DNA from: Gemmatimonas sp.
Lineage (GTDB): Bacteria; Gemmatimonadota; Gemmatimonadetes; Gemmatimonadales; Gemmatimonadaceae
DNA: 64,000 nucleotides
Direction: 5' to 3'
Assembly (NCBI GenBank): GCA_965279375.1
Contig: OZ257156.1
Span: 3,648,001 to 3,712,000, forward strand
A program made the position numbers and the translations under genes. Below the pieces are notes generated by a model. It did no database searches. It was not told the origin of the DNA and saw only the letters and a program-made list of their open reading frames with translations. This document shows positions 55,433 to 64,000 of this stretch, piece after piece (position 1 is the stretch's first letter; each line of letters begins with the position of its first letter).

Positions 55433-56797
55433 ATGAGACTGGTTCGGTCGATTCTCTGCAGTCTGGCACTGTCGTCCGCCGCGACGGCGCAGGCGTCGCC
55501 GAGACATGCATCGGCTGTCGATTCCATGTTTCGTCAGAAAGCGCCACGTGTACGCTGGCCAGGCTTCACCCCCCTCGCCACACCGTTGGCCATCTTTGAC
55601 GGCGACTCGACCTTTCTGTTTCGGCATCCGTCGCCGCCCGCGCCGTACCGCACGACGAGATTCGGGTGGGCCGCGATGGTCGGACGCGATTCGATGGTGA
55701 CGGCGAACTCCAGCGCCTCCGTTGGCGGCGTGGTCAGCGCGACGCTGATGATCGACCAGTCTTCGTTGCCGTTCGATCCCACCGCATGGGCCGCGGTGGC
55801 ATTGCACGAGGCGTTTCATGTGTTTCAGCGCGAGCGCCATCCCTCGTGGGTTGGCAACGAGGGCGATCTCCTGCGCTATCCCTTTGAGAACGCGAAGGCG
55901 CTCGCCCTGCGACGCTTGGAGAGCGCTGCGCTCAGGCGCGCCAGTATCGCCACGAGTCGCTCCGATGCGCTGTGCTGGACACGAGAGTTTGTTCACACGC
56001 GACGGGCGCGGTACGCAGCACTCGACAGCGCTTCTCGTACGTATGAGCGCCGCAGTGAGTTGAATGAGGGATTGGCCACGTACGTGCAAGCCCTCGCCGG
56101 TGCCAAGCGCATCAACTCGATTCCAGCTTCGGAATTTGCCGCTGAGGCGGTGCGGGAGCGCGTGTACGCGACGGGGGCGGCACTCGCTCTGTTGCTCGAT
56201 CTGTTCGCACCCGAGTGGAAAGCGGAACTTGAGACGGACGATCGCCAACAGCTGGACGACCTGCTGGATCGTGCCACACGCCGACTCCCAGCGTCGCGGA
56301 CGCGTCGCAATGTTTGTGGCTTCTCCGGCAGCGAAAAGGCGCAGGCGGATTCGCGCGCGCAACGCGACTCCGCTGAGCTGCTCAGCCGCCGTGAGTCCTC
56401 GCGGAGCGCGTTTGAGGCCATCCGTGGCTGGCGCGTCAGCGTCCTCGCTACGGCCTCTGCGCCCCTCTGGCCTCAGGGATTTGACCCGAGCAACCTGGCC
56501 ATCGTGCGCGGTGGCCTGATCCATGCGCGCTTTGTGAAGTTGGGGAACAACGCGGGCAGCCTTGAGGCGATGCGCTCGGCATCTGCGCCGGTGCAGATCC
56601 TGACCGAAGCCGCCGGCGCGCATCCCTTGTTTAACGGCGTCCGGCGCGCGGAGATCGTCGGCCTCGGACCGGCCACGGTGGAGTCGGTGGCCGATACCGT
56701 GAGCATCATCGCGGACGGTCTGCGACTTCGTTTTGCACCCGCGAGTGTGCTACGCGAAGGGCAGCACGTTCACGTGACGCTGCGAACGGGCTCCTGA
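55433..56797 (+). CDS. Secreted HExxH (gluzincin-like) metallopeptidase-like protein, probable gene cassette
   Basis: Signal peptide ending AQA; HEAFH and downstream NEGLATY. Confidence 0.7.
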   Translation: MRLVRSILCSLALSSAATAQASPRHASAVDSMFRQKAPRVRWPGFTPLATPLAIFDGDSTFLFRHPSPPAPYRTTRFGWAAMVGRDSMVTANSSASVGGVVSATLMIDQSSLPFDPTAWAAVALHEAFHVFQRERHPSWVGNEGDLLRYPFENAKALALRRLESAALRRASIATSRSDALCWTREFVHTRRARYAALDSASRTYERRSELNEGLATYVQALAGAKRINSIPASEFAAEAVRERVYATGAALALLLDLFAPEWKAELETDDRQQLDDLLDRATRRLPASRTRRNVCGFSGSEKAQADSRAQRDSAELLSRRESSRSAFEAIRGWRVSVLATASAPLWPQGFDPSNLAIVRGGLIHARFVKLGNNAGSLEAMRSASAPVQILTEAAGAHPLFNGVRRAEIVGLGPATVESVADTVSIIADGLRLRFAPASVLREGQHVHVTLRTGS

Positions 56798-56867
56798 GAC
56801 TGCGGCGCGAGTACGCGCGACGGTTGGTCGACGTGCCTCGAACGACTGTTGTCCTGATCGAGCGGAT

Positions 56868-56893
56868 GTCTAACCTAGTGTTGCTTCTGGCGA
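56868..56893 (+). mobile_element. Left half of an attC-like site (eroded)
   Basis: GTCTAAC-5 bp-GTTGCTTC 70 nt after the ORF stop; exact reverse complement of GTTAGAC at 55161; no clear right core. Confidence 0.45.
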
Positions 56894-57753
56894 CGGCTTC
56901 GAGGGTGGCCACATGACGGCGACGCTGTGCAGCACATAGAACTGACGCCGATCGGCACGGCGACCACCATGACGCTTCAGCACGACGAAGACGCGTCGGT
57001 GTCGGAGTCGCCGCCCGCGGCGCGGTGCATCAGCCCCGGGACGTCCAGACGTCGCGGGCGCGCCGTGAGGACGGCTTCGATGCGTGCGGCCGCTGCGCAC
57101 TGGACATCATGCCGGCCAAGCTCGCAATGGCACTGTCCGGACCTTCAAGCAAACGACCGTGAAGGCTCTGCTCGCCAGTCGCATCCGGTCGAGGAGCCAT
57201 GCAGCACAACGCGAGCGTTGGATCGCAATCGAGCAAGACCGTGTGAAGCTCAACCGTTGGGCGCGGCAGGTCCCTCGGGGGAGCGGCCATCTGCGGATGG
57301 TGCTCTATCGGCTGGTTCATCCCAATCCTTGCGGTGGCGGTGTACGCGATGTGTCGCCTACCGCGGCGTTGAACACGCTGCAGGGGGAGGAGGCTGCTGG
57401 GGCCTAAGCTCGAGAGCGCGCCGGTATTGGATCCTGCACGCAATCGGCGACGGCGATCGCGGATTCAGGCGTTCGAAGTCAGCGTGTCGCTGTTGAGGGG
57501 GGGCGCGGTTGCAGTGCTGGCGCATTTGGTGTGGGCCGATGTGGGCCGTTGGGACCGTGCCAACGCTGTGGATTTTGGCATGTTGCAAGTAGGGAACCAT
57601 CTAACACGAAGAATGATAGTTACTTGCAGCATTTGCCCACTGCCGTTCGGAGAAATGCGTGCTACATTGGATCGAGTTGCCGCGGAGATTTGGAGCGGCG
57701 AGCCGGACTTTGTGGTTGAGGGCAGAAAGTTCGAAATTCATTGAAACGAGCCC

Positions 57754-57782
57754 TTGACCGAAAGAAACAGCTGGGTTACAAT
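57754..57782 (+). promoter_or_regulatory. Near-consensus promoter of rRNA operon 2
   Basis: TTGACC-17 bp-TACAAT, AT-rich upstream, ~30 bp before the shared leader. Confidence 0.8.
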
Positions 57783-58026
57783 ATGAGTCTGCCGCCGAAA
57801 CAATGGCGGCTAACAAAAGCTAAGTGATGCAGCCTCAAGGGGTTGCGGAACGCTAGAAGGGAAGTAGGACGCTATTTGACAACTGAAGTTGAGATCGAAG
57901 ACGTGCGAGGCGGTGTCTATGACCTGCGGCTCCATCAGGGCTGCAGCGAGACATTACCTGATGAGATTTTAAGTGATTCGGCGCTAGATCTTTCGGGATC
58001 GCGCTGAAGAGCCTGTTGAACTTTTC

Positions 58027-59551
<1,525 letters not shown>

Positions 59552-59881
59552 GGAGCGACGAGTAGACCGGGTCTTCGGACTGGCGGGTCGAAAGTCCCAG
59601 ATTTGTCGCCCGCTTCGTACGTTTCGATCTCAATTTTGGTTGGCACTGGGGCCACGGATTGCCGCAAGGCGATTGGTGGCCGTGCTATTTGACAACGGAT
59701 AAGGGAAGTGATCGTGGGTACTACCACTTGAGTTGCGACTACTGGTCGGGACTTGGGTGGCTAGGACGAAGAACCTCAGTGAGGCTCACTATCCACGCGC
59801 GGTGCAAACCGAGGCGTGGGCAGCTGACGCAACACATGAAGTGAGAAGTAGAGCGCACGTTTTGCTTGAAGAGTAGGGAAG

Positions 59882-62825
<2,944 letters not shown>

Positions 62826-63078
62826 CCCCCCTGGTTTTTCCAGGGGCAAGACAAGAATCACCGCAAAGCATGCGCACGTCATGCGCCCCGCTGGCTAATC
62901 CCAGTGTCGGCGCCCCATGATCACTCCCATCCGTTTGTCAGATTGCGCCCCGTGCAATTTGAACATCTCGGATCATTCGCTCTGGACCGACAGCGTTTCG
63001 TCAGAAACGCGTTGTCATAGGAGTTTGCGCGGCCACCGGCCGCAGCAAACCCGCCAGCGAATGTTCCGAAGGAAGATT

Positions 63079-63196
63079 CGCTGGCAACTAGAGCGCTTGG
63101 GCCACACCCGTTCCCATCCCGAACACGGTCGTTAAGCCAAGCAGCGCCGATGGTACTCCGGTCGAGAGATCGCGGGAGAGTAGGCCGTTGCCGGCA
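63079..63196 (+). rRNA. rrf: 5S rRNA, copy 2
   Basis: Same motifs as copy 1. Confidence 0.96.
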
Positions 63197-63202
63197 CCTT
63201 TT

Positions 63203-63239
63203 ACGAAGCCCCCGTCACTCCACGTGGCGGGGGCTTCGT
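63203..63239 (+). terminator. Hairpin ending rRNA operon 2
   Basis: Identical to 54327-54363. Confidence 0.7.
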
Positions 63240-63318
63240 CGTGTCCGTATCCTTCGTCGACGCATTCTGCGCTGACCGACCCATCTTGCTCCACGCGCCT
63301 TCACGGCGGATTACCTCC

Positions 63319-64000
63319 ATGACACGAGCTGGCTTCGTTACCGTCGCTGGATTTCCCAATGCAGGGAAGTCCACACTGCTCAATCGCCTCGTCGGCGAGA
63401 AGCTCGCGATCACCTCCAGCAAAGCGCAGTCCACGCGACATCGCGTGGTCGGTATTCGTACCGAGAACGAGGCGCAGATGATCATTCTCGATACGCCTGG
63501 CCTGCTCGAACCGCGAGATATCCTGCACAGCGCGATGCGTAATGCGGCCCTCTCCGCGGTGCGAGAGGCGGACGTGCTCGTGCACGTGGTGGATGCCACG
63601 CAGCGCATCGTGTCCTTCACCGACGCGGCTGCTCTCGCCAAAGCGCCAAAGGCGTACGTGCTGCTCGCCCTCAACAAGAGCGACTTGCTCGACGAGACGG
63701 CCTCGCAGACGCTGCTGCGCCAGCATCCCGACGCGGTCCTCATCTCCGCGTCAACCGGTGCCGGCATGGATGCCCTCGTGAGCGCCATCACACAGCGATT
63801 GCCCGAGAGCCCGTATCTCTATCCCGATGACGAGATCTCGACGCAACCGATGCGCTTCTTCTGCGCGGAGTTCGTGCGCGAGACGGCATTGGAGCAGCTG
63901 GGCGACGAGCTTCCACATGCCCTCGCGTGTGAAATTGAGGAGTTCCGCGAAGGCTCCTCGCCGCTGTACATTCGTGCTGTCTTGCATGTCGAACGAGATA
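63319..64000 (+). CDS. era: GTPase Era, 3'-truncated by window edge (absent from ORF track)
   Basis: Manual translation: MTRAGFVTVAGFPNAGKSTLLNRLVGEKLAITSSKAQSTR, DTPG, NKSD, ISA. Confidence 0.95.
   Translation, partial: MTRAGFVTVAGFPNAGKSTLLNRLVGEKLAITSSKAQSTRHRVVGIRTENEAQMIILDTPGLLEPRDILHSAMRNAALSAVREADVLVHVVDATQRIVSFTDAAALAKAPKAYVLLALNKSDLLDETASQTLLRQHPDAVLISASTGAGMDALVSAITQRLPESPYLYPDDEISTQPMRFFCAEFVRETALEQLGDELPHALACEIEEFREGSSPLYIRAVLHVERD

Noticed and set aside
57581..57631. ATCTAAC (57599) as a third attC, inside the inverted repeat TGTTGCAAGTA...TACTTGCAGCA
   Set aside because: No L-box pattern or matching GTTRRRY; more likely a promoter-proximal palindrome.
57427..57744. 105-aa ORF upstream of the operon 2 promoter
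   Set aside because: Atypical codon usage, no motif and no ribosome binding site; probably non-coding.

Overview
High-GC bacterial chromosome window; the 16S sequence and gene order point to Gemmatimonadota (Gemmatimonas-like), which is inferred, not searched. Bases 1-48 kb are dense core genome: mutL-miaA-bshA-uppP-birA-coaX, CIRCE-controlled groES/groEL, a lone SusC/SusD pair, a roadblock/receiver/sugar-nucleotide operon, serS, a sensor kinase, pcrA, gatCAB, murA-pgeF, rimP-nusA-L7Ae-infB-rbfA-truB-ribF, secDF, tatD, ridA, murI, envelope genes, rph-rdgB and three tRNAs. From 48.9 kb there are two apparently identical tandem rRNA operons (5436-bp direct repeat, offset 8876 bp, different promoters, no ITS tRNAs, ~250-nt structured 23S-5S spacer), followed by the start of era. 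The most unusual part is the 3.4-kb accessory segment between the operons. It contains degenerate integron attC-like sites whose complementary cores (GTTAGAC ... GTCTAAC) bracket a secreted HExxH metallopeptidase-like gene, i.e. a probable integrase-less gene cassette trapped between rRNA repeats. MurA also carries the Cys-to-Asp change linked to intrinsic fosfomycin resistance. All calls were made by eye from motifs, without database searches.
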